Below are positions 9,218 through 19,685 of a DNA stretch of 64,000 bases, one piece after another (within the stretch, counting starts at the first letter, position 1; the number at the start of each line of letters is the position of its first letter). This DNA is from an uncultured Candidatus Bathyarchaeia archaeon (GTDB taxonomy: Archaea > Thermoproteota > Bathyarchaeia > Bathyarchaeales > Bathyarchaeaceae): NCBI GenBank assembly GCA_964510635.1, contig CAZEBS010000004.1:68165-132164 (forward strand), written 5' to 3'. Both the position numbers and the translations under genes were made by a program. The notes below the pieces were generated by a model, which saw only the letters and a program-made list of their open reading frames with translations, was not told the origin of the DNA and searched no databases.

Positions 9218-10714
9218 CTAGTTGATGGCAGTCTCGTATATTCTCCCTTTTTCGGTGTATCCGTTCTCGAAACGTTCTTTCATTTCATCTGCCAATTTCT
9301 GAGCCAAGGGCGTAGGATACTTGCCTGTGATACAACCCAAACACAGGTCATCTTTGCTTAAGCCAGTGGCTTTGACTAGCCCATCCACTGACTGGTAATT
9401 CACCCCATCGGCGCCCACTATCTTCGCAATCTCGTCAGCGTCATACTGTGAACCTATCAGTTCCCTGTAGGTTGCCATGTCCACTCCATAGAAGCATGGA
9501 CCAATTATTCTGGGGAAGGTGATGAAAAGGTAGATGCTTTTGGCGCCCATTTCCCGCAGCTTGTTAACCACAACTTTGGTGGTGTCGCCTCTGACGATGC
9601 TGTCATCCACCACTGCCACATTTTTTCCAGCCAATTTATGGTCGACAATGTTGATTTTACGGTCTATTGTGTTGAATCGTTCATTACTGAGCAGAATAAA
9701 GGCTCTCTCTGCCACATACCTGTGCCTTCTAGAGGCTCTTTCCCACCTTATTCCCGTCAACTCATGGTAGCCGTAGGCTGCATCGTTGCCTGTTTCAGGC
9801 ATGGACATAATCATATCCACTTTACTGGTGGTTTCAGGGTATTCCCATGCAAAGTTTCTTCCGAACTCCTCTCGGACTTCGTAAACGTACCTGTTTCCCA
9901 GCCTAGAGTCTGGCCTGGCAAAGTATGCGAACTCGAAGGCGCATAACGCCCGTTTTTCGCTGAAAACCAGCTGTTTTCGTGTGAAGCCGTCCTTTGTGGC
10001 AGTTACAAGTTCTCCAGGATTTACCTCAAAATCGAATTCGAAGCCGTTGATGTCTAAGCCCACGGTTTCTGAGGAGACCACACACGTTTTTCGGTCTTTG
10101 CTGCATCCACAACATAGTGGCCTTATTCCGCAGGGGTCTCTGAAGGCAAACAGTTCTCCTTTTTCGTTCAGTCCAGCGACGGAGAATGCTCCTTCCATTT
10201 CTTTCATGCATCTTTTCACGGAGGAGGCAAGGTCGTCGTCCTTTTCTTTTCTCAGGAGTTTTCTGGAAATCAGTTCTGCGTCGTAGTTGAAACGAAAGTT
10301 CGGGTATTCTTCCCGTATTTCTTTGATTATATCTGGAGTGTTAACTATGTTGCCGTTGAAGGCTATGGCAATTTGTCTTTCTCCCCGTTTCTCAAGAATT
10401 GGTTGGGTGCTTTTTACAAGTGATTGGTAATCGGTTCCGCCAGAGGTAGAGTATCTGACGTGTCCCAATCCAACGGAGCCTGGCAACTCTGTTAGCCACT
10501 GCTGGATGTCACTTTGTTTTATTTTCGGAACCAAATCCAAGTCTTTGTTGCTGTGGAATGTTCCGTCAAAGGTTAGGAATCCGTGGGATTGGTGGCCGCG
10601 GTGATTCTGTGCTCGTAATCCCCAATAGACGTAGGGGAACACAGGTTGGTTCTCGAAGTTTTGTGCTCCGAAAACTCCGCATGCCTCTTTTAACTGTTCG
10701 ACCATATTTTCCAC
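9218..10714 (-). CDS. purF: Amidophosphoribosyltransferase
   Basis: Propeptide followed by CGVFG; HRG, HVRYST, FARPDS, VDDSIVRGDT; Fe-S Cys residues. Confidence 0.96.
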   Translation of the reverse strand: MENMVEQLKEACGVFGAQNFENQPVFPYVYWGLRAQNHRGHQSHGFLTFDGTFHSNKDLDLVPKIKQSDIQQWLTELPGSVGLGHVRYSTSGGTDYQSLVKSTQPILEKRGERQIAIAFNGNIVNTPDIIKEIREEYPNFRFNYDAELISRKLLRKEKDDDLASSVKRCMKEMEGAFSVAGLNEKGELFAFRDPCGIRPLCCGCSKDRKTCVVSSETVGLDINGFEFDFEVNPGELVTATKDGFTRKQLVFSEKRALCAFEFAYFARPDSRLGNRYVYEVREEFGRNFAWEYPETTSKVDMIMSMPETGNDAAYGYHELTGIRWERASRRHRYVAERAFILLSNERFNTIDRKINIVDHKLAGKNVAVVDDSIVRGDTTKVVVNKLREMGAKSIYLFITFPRIIGPCFYGVDMATYRELIGSQYDADEIAKIVGADGVNYQSVDGLVKATGLSKDDLCLGCITGKYPTPLAQKLADEMKERFENGYTEKGRIYETAIN

Positions 10715-10921
10715 TATTTACGTGTCCTATTTATCAATGTTTACTACAATTTTAACGCAAAACTGGCGTGGGCAAATTGTGTTGCTCTAGTCTCTGTTGG
10801 GGAATTGTTTGCAGTACACAGACTATCCTTTTAGCATACTATTGGGGTTATGGTTTTGTTGCCCGCATTACAGTAAGGTATATATGAATTGTAGTTGTTA
10901 GCCTTTCGTCAAGGTGTTTTT

Positions 10922-12133
10922 ATGAGGAACATACTTGTTAACGATTCGAAACGGACACCTCTTGAGAAACAGCCTATCGAAATTGTGGAACGCAAAGGTG
11001 TCGGTCATCCTGACTCGATGTGTGACGCTATAATGGATCAGGTTTCAGTGGAACTGAGCAAAGCTTACCTGAAAGAATTTGGAGCAATTTTACATCACAA
11101 CACCGACAAGTCTCTACTCGTTGCAGGAGATGTTGAATGCAAGTTTGGAGGGGGAGTAGTGAACAAACCCATGCTTCTTATTTTTGGGGACCGAGCAACC
11201 TTTGGAGCCAACGGAAAAGAAGTCCCTGTTGAAGATATTGCCATCAACACAGCCAAAAAATGGTTGAAAGAAAACATCAGATTTGTCGACCCCGAAAAAC
11301 ACATGGAATACCAAATCGCCATCAGACAAGGCTCACAAGGACTCACTGACATTTTCAAACGTGGAACCTGCATGTTTGGAGCTAACGACACTTCAGCAGC
11401 AGTAGGTTATGCACCCTTAACCCGCACAGAAAACATGGTTTTGACCACGGAACGCTACATTAACTCTAAGGAATTCAAGAAACGGTTCCCTATGAGTGGA
11501 GAAGATGTTAAAGTCATGGGCTACAAGAACGGCAATGTCCTGAACTTGACTATTTGTAACGCATTTGTTGACCATCTTGTTTCTGACATAAAAGATTACA
11601 TGCGAAGAAAAGATGAGATTATCACTGATGTTCAGGAATGGGTGAACGCGAAAGGTGCCTTTGATAAGGTTAACGTTTACATCAACACTTTGGATGTTGA
11701 CAACCGTGGAGTTGATGGTGTCTTTTTGACTGTGCTGGGAACCTGTGCTGATGGTGCAGATTCTGGTCAAGTCGGCCGTGGCAACAAAGTCAACGGAGTA
11801 ATCTCCCTTAACAGACCAATCGGAACTGAAGCTGCAGCAGGCAAAAACCCAGTCAGCCACGTAGGAAAAATCTACAATGCCCTATCTCACCAAATTGCCC
11901 GAAAAATCTGTGATGAAGTACCCGAAGTAGCAGAAACCATTGTTTGGCTCCTAAGCCAAATAGGCAAACCCATCGACCAGCCCGCAATCGCAGCAGCCCA
12001 AGTCGTCATGAACGAAGGCTCGGTTTACGACAAGAAAATCCAAGGCAGAGTCAACGAAGTAATCGATGCAGAACTCGCAAACATCGAAAACTTCTGTGAA
12101 AAACTCACCTACGGAAAAATCTCAGTCTGGTAA
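10922..12133 (+). CDS. mat: Archaeal-type S-adenosylmethionine synthetase
   Basis: [34 protein letters not shown] and [17 protein letters not shown] motifs. ATG 10922 follows AGGTG (ORF opens at 10895). Confidence 0.95.
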   Translation: MRNILVNDSKRTPLEKQPIEIVERKGVGHPDSMCDAIMDQVSVELSKAYLKEFGAILHHNTDKSLLVAGDVECKFGGGVVNKPMLLIFGDRATFGANGKEVPVEDIAINTAKKWLKENIRFVDPEKHMEYQIAIRQGSQGLTDIFKRGTCMFGANDTSAAVGYAPLTRTENMVLTTERYINSKEFKKRFPMSGEDVKVMGYKNGNVLNLTICNAFVDHLVSDIKDYMRRKDEIITDVQEWVNAKGAFDKVNVYINTLDVDNRGVDGVFLTVLGTCADGADSGQVGRGNKVNGVISLNRPIGTEAAAGKNPVSHVGKIYNALSHQIARKICDEVPEVAETIVWLLSQIGKPIDQPAIAAAQVVMNEGSVYDKKIQGRVNEVIDAELANIENFCEKLTYGKISVW

Positions 12134-12180
12134 AAACACCAGATTTTTTCCATTTTTCTTTTTTGTTATTCCTTTTTTTG
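12134..12180 (+). terminator. T-rich archaeal terminator after mat
   Basis: Several oligo-T runs directly after the stop codon. Confidence 0.55.
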
Positions 12181-12195
12181 TCGCTGCTGTGCGAG

Positions 12196-12249
12196 TTTTC
12201 TGAAAAAAGGTTTTTTTCAACAATATTCTGCTATTAGGCTCCTAATATG
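12196..12249 (-). repeat. Dispersed ~55-bp double-palindrome element, copy 1 (diverged)
   Basis: TATTAGG-CT-CCTAATA at 12232-12247 plus a TGAAAA-N7-TTTTCA block at the same spacing as in copies 2-4. Confidence 0.8.
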
Positions 12250-12256
12250 AGAGTGC

Positions 12257-13219
12257 TTATGTTGCTAGTGTTTGTGCTAGCTTCATCAGACTGAGGTCTA
12301 GTTGTTTTTTGTTGCTGCAGACTTGTTTGAGGTCTATGCTGGCTACTTTTCCTCCCTGCAAGGCAACCATCCTGTTTCCCTTGTTGGCTGTTAACAGTTC
12401 TACAGCTTTTTCTCCGAACAGGTTAGCCAGTAGCCTGCTTCTTGCGGTTGGGTTGCCTCCTCTCTGGGCATAGCCTGTGACGCTTAGCCTCGCTTCCACG
12501 CCTGCTCCTTCCGCAATCTCCTTTAGTAGTTTGTGGGTGTCGCCGATTCCTTCCGCAGCCACAATTATGCCTGATTTTTTGCCTTTAGCACCGTTAATTT
12601 TTAATGTCTTGACAATTTTCTCCAGACTAATGGGCACCTCAGGAACCAGAATCACTTCAGCGCCTACAGTCAACCCAATTGTTAAAGCCAGAAAACCCCG
12701 CTTCCTGCCCATAACCTCCACAACAAAGATTCGGTCATGAGAGTTTGCAGTGTCCCTGATTTTGTCGATTTCAGTGATTGCAGTGTTCACGGCAGAGTCA
12801 AAGCCTATGGTTTCCTCTGTTCCAAACACGTCGTTGTCAATTGTCGCCGGAACTCCTGCAATCAGAACATCGGTTTCCTTGCTTAAGGCTAAGGCTCCAT
12901 GCATAGAACCGTCACCGCCGACCACAACAAGTCCCTCAAGCCCATTGGAAGCAAGATTGTCTGCAGCCTTCTGGACACCCTTTTTTGTTTTGAATTCTGG
13001 GCTTCTTGATGTGTGGAGAATTGTGCCGCCCAAATGGAGGATTCCGCCAACATTCCGTGGGGTCAGCTGCCTAAAGGTGTTAGTTAGTAAGCCTTCCCAG
13101 CCTCTCTCAAAACCATAAACCTCTAATCCCTGGGAACAGGCGACACGAGTAACTGCCCTGATGGCAGCATTCATGCCCGGCGCGTCCCCGCCACTTGTCA
13201 CCAATCCAATCTTTTTCAT
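12257..13219 (-). CDS. pfkA: ATP-dependent 6-phosphofructokinase, bacterial PfkA type
   Basis: TSGGDAPGMNAA, GGDGS, PATIDND, EVMGR and GYAQRGG motifs. ATG 13219 follows GGGGAGG (ORF opens at 13243). Confidence 0.93.
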   Translation of the reverse strand: MKKIGLVTSGGDAPGMNAAIRAVTRVACSQGLEVYGFERGWEGLLTNTFRQLTPRNVGGILHLGGTILHTSRSPEFKTKKGVQKAADNLASNGLEGLVVVGGDGSMHGALALSKETDVLIAGVPATIDNDVFGTEETIGFDSAVNTAITEIDKIRDTANSHDRIFVVEVMGRKRGFLALTIGLTVGAEVILVPEVPISLEKIVKTLKINGAKGKKSGIIVAAEGIGDTHKLLKEIAEGAGVEARLSVTGYAQRGGNPTARSRLLANLFGEKAVELLTANKGNRMVALQGGKVASIDLKQVCSNKKQLDLSLMKLAQTLAT

Positions 13220-13460
13220 GTCTGTTTCCTCCCCAGTAACCATTCAAGGTAAATTGTGTCTCTGACCAAATAAATAGCTTCTAATTATTTGATGCAATTT
13301 CATCAGCCTCTAGGTTGGGTCGGAAGGACTGACAAGCTAGCGCAGCCGCCGTTAACATCAAAAACTGACGTAAGAGCTATCATTCATGTATTTACATAGA
13401 TAATTTTTTAAGCTCAATGAGCAAACCACTAATCACAGTAAAAGCGGGGGATTATGAAAA

Positions 13461-14240
13461 ATGAAGAAAACAATCGCTACAGCTTTCTGTACATTGATGC
13501 TTTGCAGTTTACTTGTGCTGATAACCGCTGGAACCACCATTGCAGCTGAACCAGGATACGAAAGAGTATCATACTCGACTGTAGTAACGCCTACTATTGA
13601 TGGGATGTGGACCTCTGAAGATGAATGGACCGACACTGAAGTTACCATGATAGGCGAAGACGTTGCTTTCAGAAGCACATGGGATATGCCTGACAATGTT
13701 TATACACGATGGATTGTCGAATTTTTCAGTGACACCACCGACGATCCTGAAGACTTGTGGCAATTTTGCGTTGACGGTGACCAAAGTGGGGGTTCTGCTC
13801 CCCAAGCAGGTGATTACAAGTTCGAGATTACAGGAAACACGGCTCTAGTATGGTATGAGGGAAACGGTTCAGGCTGGGTTGAAGTGACATTGGACGCAAG
13901 TGAAATAGAATGGGCCAGCTCGTTAAGCGCTTCACCAACCAATAGTACACCGCACTGGATCTTGGAATTCGTGATTCCAAAGAATGCAGGGACAGTCCAA
14001 CTGGGCATTACGTGGAACCTTAGAGTAGGAGTCTACGACGCAAGCAATTCCGCAGCGGGAGTTCTAGCTTGGCCGCCCACCAGCGCAGACGCCCCAGATG
14101 GTTGGGGAATCGAAAATTACACAATGGAGCCAATCCCAGAAGGCTTAACTTTTGGAGTCATGGCTGTGTTGTCATCTATTTCGATGGTTGTTGGCTACAA
14201 ATACTTCGTAAAGCGGAAAGAAACGGAAGTTGAAGCTTAG
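13461..14240 (+). CDS. Secreted acidic surface protein with PEF-CTERM-like tail (PIPEG variant); possible DOMON/CBM9-like sugar-binding fold
   Basis: Signal peptide, PTIDG..W motif, C-terminal PIPEG + TM helix + KRK. Confidence 0.7.
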   Translation: MKKTIATAFCTLMLCSLLVLITAGTTIAAEPGYERVSYSTVVTPTIDGMWTSEDEWTDTEVTMIGEDVAFRSTWDMPDNVYTRWIVEFFSDTTDDPEDLWQFCVDGDQSGGSAPQAGDYKFEITGNTALVWYEGNGSGWVEVTLDASEIEWASSLSASPTNSTPHWILEFVIPKNAGTVQLGITWNLRVGVYDASNSAAGVLAWPPTSADAPDGWGIENYTMEPIPEGLTFGVMAVLSSISMVVGYKYFVKRKETEVEA

Positions 14241-14400
14241 GGACGGGGAAACCATAAACGCAGACAACAACGTTTGCGGTATCCCTCAAATTTCCTTTTT
14301 TTGTATCTATTTCTTTGGCGTCTAGCCATCTTGTTCTAGGGTTTGCTTTCTTGTGAGGGAGTCAGGAATTACAACAAAAATATGCAGGTCAAAATATTGG

Positions 14401-15150
14401 CTAGTTGTCTCTTTCGAGAAGTTGTTCCCATGACACTTTCAGAATGTATTTAGAGAAAGCCGCAATTTCTGTCAGAGTCAGTTTTGATTTTCCTTTCTTT
14501 CGGTTTTCGAAGACGATAGGAAGTTCGCCAATTTTCGAGTTTTGAAGTTTAGCTTGACGGAGGGTTTCTATTTGGATTTCGTATGTTTCGCTGTGAAGTT
14601 GCGGAAGCGCCTTTGTGAGGTATCCTTTAGAGTAGCATCTGAAGCCGCTTGTGAAGTCGTTCAGCTTAAGACGGATTAGTCTGCCCGTTATTTTGTTGGC
14701 TACTTTACTTATCAGTAGCCGAGTGGCATTCCAGCCCTTAACTTCTCCTTTTGTGCAGTACCTGCTTCCGATGACGAGGTCGCTGCCTCCTTCGGTGAGC
14801 GCCAGCAGTCGTGGAATATCCTCAGGGGCATGAGAAAAATCTGCATCCATCGTGATTATGTAATTAGGCGGTTCTGGAAGAGACAGAAGATAACGGAAGC
14901 CATCCGTTATTGCTGTTCCGAGACCCATCTTCTGGGGTCTTTTCATTAACAAAATATTGCCGTATTTTTCTCTTAGCTTCTCCACAATACTTACTGTCTC
15001 ATCAGGACTTGAATCATCTATTACCAAAATAGTAGAATCAAGTTGCAGATTTTCGATTGCGTGAATTATGTCTGCAATGTTCTCGGCTTCACAGTACGTT
15101 GGAAGAATTATCGCCACGCGTGCACTAGTATCCATTAGTTTGTTGTTCAA
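14401..15150 (-). CDS. GT2 polyprenol-phosphate mannose synthase-like glycosyltransferase
   Basis: ILPTYCEAENI, IDDSSPD, MDADFSH, GSRY and DFTSGFR motifs. Confidence 0.9.
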   Translation of the reverse strand: MNNKLMDTSARVAIILPTYCEAENIADIIHAIENLQLDSTILVIDDSSPDETVSIVEKLREKYGNILLMKRPQKMGLGTAITDGFRYLLSLPEPPNYIITMDADFSHAPEDIPRLLALTEGGSDLVIGSRYCTKGEVKGWNATRLLISKVANKITGRLIRLKLNDFTSGFRCYSKGYLTKALPQLHSETYEIQIETLRQAKLQNSKIGELPIVFENRKKGKSKLTLTEIAAFSKYILKVSWEQLLERDN

Positions 15151-15479
15151 GTATTTTCATCAGCCCAAGTTGCTGAATGTTTAATGTGTTCGGATTCAAA
15201 GTTTATTAAACTTTCTACGTTTCATAAAATGGGTTTAACGAAAGGAATAATTGGCTTTTTTTAGGAATTACAGACGGAATGACGTTCCCAAATCTGTCAT
15301 AACATCAAAAATATTATAAAATAACTGTGAATGCTTATTACTGAGTTGTTAAGGGTGTGGTGACGACGATTTTACTCAGGCTTGGTGTTTGCTCGCGTTC
15401 GTTCACATGCTTAATATACAGTTAGGTTGTTAGAAAAGCCGTGGTACAAACGACAAGTCTACCTAAAGGCCGAATTAAT

Positions 15480-17396
15480 ATGGATCGAATTAAGACAATA
15501 TTACGATCCGATTACTTCATACTTTTTCTAATTGCACTTATTTACGTAATCGTAATTTCCAGCGTGGCAATAGTCCGTCACAACGCCTTCCGCACAAACG
15601 CTTGGGACCTCAGCATCTACTCCCAATCATTATATACCACACTAAATCACGGGAAACTATTGTATTACACCTGCGAGCTCCCAGGCAACCCCGCTGGAAG
15701 CCTTTTTGGCATACATTTTTCACCATTTCTTCTTCTGCTAGTTCCAATTTATGCCCTCTTCCAGAACCCGATTACACTACTTGTACTTAGACCAGTTGCT
15801 ATTTCGTTAGGTTTAATTCCGCTTTACTGGATTCTCCGTGAACAGCATCCAAATAGGAGGCTGCTGACCTTTTTTATTGCAATCATTTACGTTATTTATC
15901 CACCAATTACGGCTCCACTTTCGAACTTTGATGTTGAAGTATTCTTGCCTGCGTTATTTCTTTTTGCCATTTATTATTTGAGAAAAGGAAAGCTTCTGAA
16001 CGCTTACGTTTTTGTTGTGCTGGCTTTGATGGTTAACGAGTTTGTCCCCCTAATCATCATGAGCATGGCTCTTTACTTCTCCCTTCTGCATCGGAAAGAC
16101 ATCTTCGGTGGTTTACTATCAAAGAAAGTCTCAAAGAATGCCATATTCGCCATCCTGCTAGTAGCAACAAGTATCGTTTGGTTTATCTCATCTAGTGCAG
16201 TTATCACCCAGTTTAATCCGAATGCTTTGAGCACAAAATGGGAGTGGGGAGAATTCGGCACCGGCCCAGGGGAGATAGTTACCAATGTGCTGACTAACCC
16301 AGGTAAGACAATTAATGTACTTTTGAGGGATGGACAAAGCAAGTTCCTTTACATAACATCCTTGTTCGGACCCCTTATGTTTCTCTCCTTCTTAGACCCC
16401 TTAACGCTTATAATGACCTTGCCTTGGCTGGGGGCTAGCCTACTCTCCATTAACCCACTATATTATGCCATTGGAACTCAATATCCCGCCTTTGTTTCAC
16501 CATTCCTTTTTGTTGCAGCCATCAACGGAATCAAAAAAATAGGCGACGTCAGCAACAAGAACGTGCTAAAAAAGGTCGGCTACCTGATGTCCGTGACTTT
16601 GGCTATTAGTATATTGTTGCTTCCAACAGGTGGAGACTTTGCGGTTACTCAATCTGATGAGAGTACGCGGATTGCCCTAAATGAAATTCCTTCAACTGCT
16701 TCCGTATCTGTTATGCCAGATATTCATCCCCATCTATGCAACAGGCTTGAAGTTTATCCATACTTCAAACCTGGAGTAGAATATGTGCTACTTGACGTCT
16801 ATTCATGGTGGTATACAGTTGAGCTCCCTCGACCAGCACATGTGGCTCCAAGATGGTGTGATGCAGAAATTGGTGACGAATACGGAATAGTCGTAAACGC
16901 AAATGGCGTACTGCTTTACCAAAACGGTTACACTGGACCAGTGAAGCATTTTGAGGGAGTAGAATTCACGTACAACCATAATAGTGTGCAAATCGCAACC
17001 GGAAAGGTCATTCAGGACGACGTCAATTTTGAGGGCTCTGTAACGAGGACAGACGTATTGGTTCACAATGCCACTGACCCAACGCCCTTGTTCTTTAAGG
17101 TTCCAGAAAAAGTTCTTCCTCCAGGAATATATAATGTCACGCTGCTGCTGAAAGCATCGAATCGCACAAGAAATGAAATCATCACCTTAGAGGCTTTGAA
17201 GGCACCGGAACAGTCCACACTAGCCATCAAAACAGTTAGAGGCAGCGACTTCAAAAGAGCGGACACGTGGCAACTATTCATACTCAGTTTTTCAATTGAC
17301 CAACCCACATCCATCGAGTTTGCTGCTGAGGTAACGGACTCCGCGGATGTATGCTTCTACTTCATGAATGTTTTGCAGGTGACGGGCGGGGGATAA
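15480..17396 (+). CDS. DUF2079-like multi-TM protein (probable GT-C fold) with extracellular C-terminal domain
   Basis: WDLSIYSQ and GIHFSPFL motifs, about 10 TM segments, soluble C-terminus. ORF opens at 15441. Confidence 0.7.
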   Translation: MDRIKTILRSDYFILFLIALIYVIVISSVAIVRHNAFRTNAWDLSIYSQSLYTTLNHGKLLYYTCELPGNPAGSLFGIHFSPFLLLLVPIYALFQNPITLLVLRPVAISLGLIPLYWILREQHPNRRLLTFFIAIIYVIYPPITAPLSNFDVEVFLPALFLFAIYYLRKGKLLNAYVFVVLALMVNEFVPLIIMSMALYFSLLHRKDIFGGLLSKKVSKNAIFAILLVATSIVWFISSSAVITQFNPNALSTKWEWGEFGTGPGEIVTNVLTNPGKTINVLLRDGQSKFLYITSLFGPLMFLSFLDPLTLIMTLPWLGASLLSINPLYYAIGTQYPAFVSPFLFVAAINGIKKIGDVSNKNVLKKVGYLMSVTLAISILLLPTGGDFAVTQSDESTRIALNEIPSTASVSVMPDIHPHLCNRLEVYPYFKPGVEYVLLDVYSWWYTVELPRPAHVAPRWCDAEIGDEYGIVVNANGVLLYQNGYTGPVKHFEGVEFTYNHNSVQIATGKVIQDDVNFEGSVTRTDVLVHNATDPTPLFFKVPEKVLPPGIYNVTLLLKASNRTRNEIITLEALKAPEQSTLAIKTVRGSDFKRADTWQLFILSFSIDQPTSIEFAAEVTDSADVCFYFMNVLQVTGGG

Positions 17397-17398
17397 CT

Positions 17399-18559
17399 GT
17401 GAAGGTTTGCGCTGTTACCACTTGGCCTCCGCACAGGGACGGTGTGGCATTATACTCCGCTGATTTGTACAATCAGATAGCCAAGTTAATGGACGTGGTA
17501 GTTGTTGCGAACATTCTGACGCAAAAGGAATTGTCCAACTTTCATGAAAAAAAGGACGATGCTGTTTTGAGATGCTGGAGGAGGGGTCCATGGTTTCTCT
17601 TCGACATTTTCCATTCTGTGTTCAAAACGAGGGCTCATGCGGTTCATTTGCAGCATGGATGGCTACTGTATGGGGGCCGCATATCATCCATCTTTTTTCC
17701 GGTTTTGCTGTTGTTTTTCCGTCTAAGCCGTAAACCCTGTGTTGTTACAATACACACAGTTATACGAAAAGATGCCCAACTTTACAAAAATTCCTTAGTT
17801 AATTTCTTGGCGCGGATGGCTGTTATGTTCGTTTTAAAGTGTATTGTAAAAGTTTCAGACAGTCTGATTGTGCACAATCCTTTGATGATAGAGACTCTCC
17901 AGAAAGAGTACGGCACAAATGTAGAAAAAATCGCCATAATTCCACATGGAGTAAAGTCTGCATGTAACCATGAGGTCTCCCAGAAAGATAAAGAAGTTAG
18001 CATTATGTCTCTTGGGTTCCTGAGGAAAGGCAAAGGAATAAGCTACTTACTTGAAGCCTTCGAAAAATTCCTCGAAACGTGCCCTGACGCAAAACTGTTA
18101 ATCGTTGGGGGAGGTCATGCCCACGATAAAAAGGACCAATCTGAAAGATTCAGGCATCTTCTAACACCACGCACCCAAGAACAGGTGTCGTTCACGGGTT
18201 TTGTTGATGAAAAACGTTTGGAACAACTCATTTGGAATAGTGACATAATTGTGCTGCAGTCCACAGAACCGTATTATGTAGAAGCGAGTGGCGCTTTGGC
18301 AACAGTTGCGGACTACGGTAAACCAGTTGTTTGCAGCAAAGTTCCCAAGTTTCAAAGCGAATTGCAGAATAAAGAGCACTACCTTGCCGTAGCATCATCT
18401 GATTCAGCGGAGTTGGCTCAAGCATTTACATTGTTAATGGAGAATAAGGAACTTAGAAACCGTCTTGGAGAAAACCTTAGAGAAGAAATGAAGAACAGAC
18501 GATGGAACACAGTAGCAGCAGAGCACATCAAGCTCTACAGACGGCTGTTAAAATCTTGA
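17399..18559 (+). CDS. GT4-family glycosyltransferase
   Basis: TTWPP..GVALY, VVTIH, IPHGV, GFLRKGKG and ASGAL motifs. Probable GTG at 17399 (ORF opens at 17351). Confidence 0.85.
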   Translation: MKVCAVTTWPPHRDGVALYSADLYNQIAKLMDVVVVANILTQKELSNFHEKKDDAVLRCWRRGPWFLFDIFHSVFKTRAHAVHLQHGWLLYGGRISSIFFPVLLLFFRLSRKPCVVTIHTVIRKDAQLYKNSLVNFLARMAVMFVLKCIVKVSDSLIVHNPLMIETLQKEYGTNVEKIAIIPHGVKSACNHEVSQKDKEVSIMSLGFLRKGKGISYLLEAFEKFLETCPDAKLLIVGGGHAHDKKDQSERFRHLLTPRTQEQVSFTGFVDEKRLEQLIWNSDIIVLQSTEPYYVEASGALATVADYGKPVVCSKVPKFQSELQNKEHYLAVASSDSAELAQAFTLLMENKELRNRLGENLREEMKNRRWNTVAAEHIKLYRRLLKS

Positions 18560-18590
18560 AATCATGAGGGCACAGAAAAAGAGTAAAGGG

Positions 18591-19685
18591 TCACTGCCAT
18601 TTTCTAAACAGTTCAATTAACTCGTCAGAGATTTTCTTCGAATCAAACAGTTCGGACCTTGCTATGCAGTTTCCTCTAATCTTTGGGGAATAGCCGTCTT
18701 TCCAAATCTTCAAAGCAATGTCCAGCAGCTCTTCATCGTTATTTACGAGCCAGCCTGTAGACCCGTTTACAACAGATTCGCTGGGTCCCTGCTTATTGTA
18801 TGTCAACACCGGTGTTCCACATGCCATGCTTTCGATAGGAATGTAACCGAAGGGCTCATGATTGAAAGTGAAAAGGACGTATAGGGCGTTGGTGTAAAGG
18901 TTCACGAGCTCTTCATCAGAGATTGCGCCGATGAACTGGATATTAGGGTGATTGGCGATGCAATCTGGAATGCCAGATGCCTTGTAGCCAAAGGCTTTGA
19001 TTTTCACACCAGCATCACATACTTGTTTGAGAGTTTCAAACCTGGTTTCCTTGTTGTAGACGCCGAAGTAAGTCAGCACATAGTCTTGTGACGGTTCATG
19101 GGTGTCAGGTTTGAAGAGGGTGCGGTCTAAGGGAGGAGAGATTACGCCGTCAACTTCAACACCTAGGTCCTCATACATGGAGGCACAAAACCTTGAGTTA
19201 GCTATCACTGAATCGGCTAGACGCGCATACGCCCTAATAACCTTCTTCTCCAGATACCTCAATACTGGCGCAATCAAACGATATGTGTACTTGTAACGAG
19301 CAGGCATCTCAAAGCTCATGTCATCAAGGGCTCTCGTCATGGGACCTTGACCATAATACACATGGGACTTGACCTTGATACAGGCAGAAGTATTAATCAC
19401 TATCTCGTTATCAGCCAGATCATCCAAACGCAAAATGCCCGATTTGAAGAGTGATTTTGCCCAAGCTTCAACGATTGGGTAAGAATTTGCAAAACTGAAG
19501 CTGGAACCCAGACTTTTGACGTGAATATTTTTTTCCTTCGCAGCCTGCATGACTTCCTCGCTGACACTTGAAGAAACAAGCTTGACATTGTGCCCATTTT
19601 TCTGCATCTCCGTAGCTAGAAGAAAGGGCGGTCTTGTAGACCCATATGATGTCAGAAGGGGGTCCGTGACGAAGGTTATGTTCAT
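18591..19685 (-). CDS. GT4-family glycosyltransferase
   Basis: ANSRF and EPFGYIPIESMACGTPV (E-X7-E) motifs. Confidence 0.9.
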   Translation of the reverse strand: MNITFVTDPLLTSYGSTRPPFLLATEMQKNGHNVKLVSSSVSEEVMQAAKEKNIHVKSLGSSFSFANSYPIVEAWAKSLFKSGILRLDDLADNEIVINTSACIKVKSHVYYGQGPMTRALDDMSFEMPARYKYTYRLIAPVLRYLEKKVIRAYARLADSVIANSRFCASMYEDLGVEVDGVISPPLDRTLFKPDTHEPSQDYVLTYFGVYNKETRFETLKQVCDAGVKIKAFGYKASGIPDCIANHPNIQFIGAISDEELVNLYTNALYVLFTFNHEPFGYIPIESMACGTPVLTYNKQGPSESVVNGSTGWLVNNDEELLDIALKIWKDGYSPKIRGNCIARSELFDSKKISDELIELFRKWQ

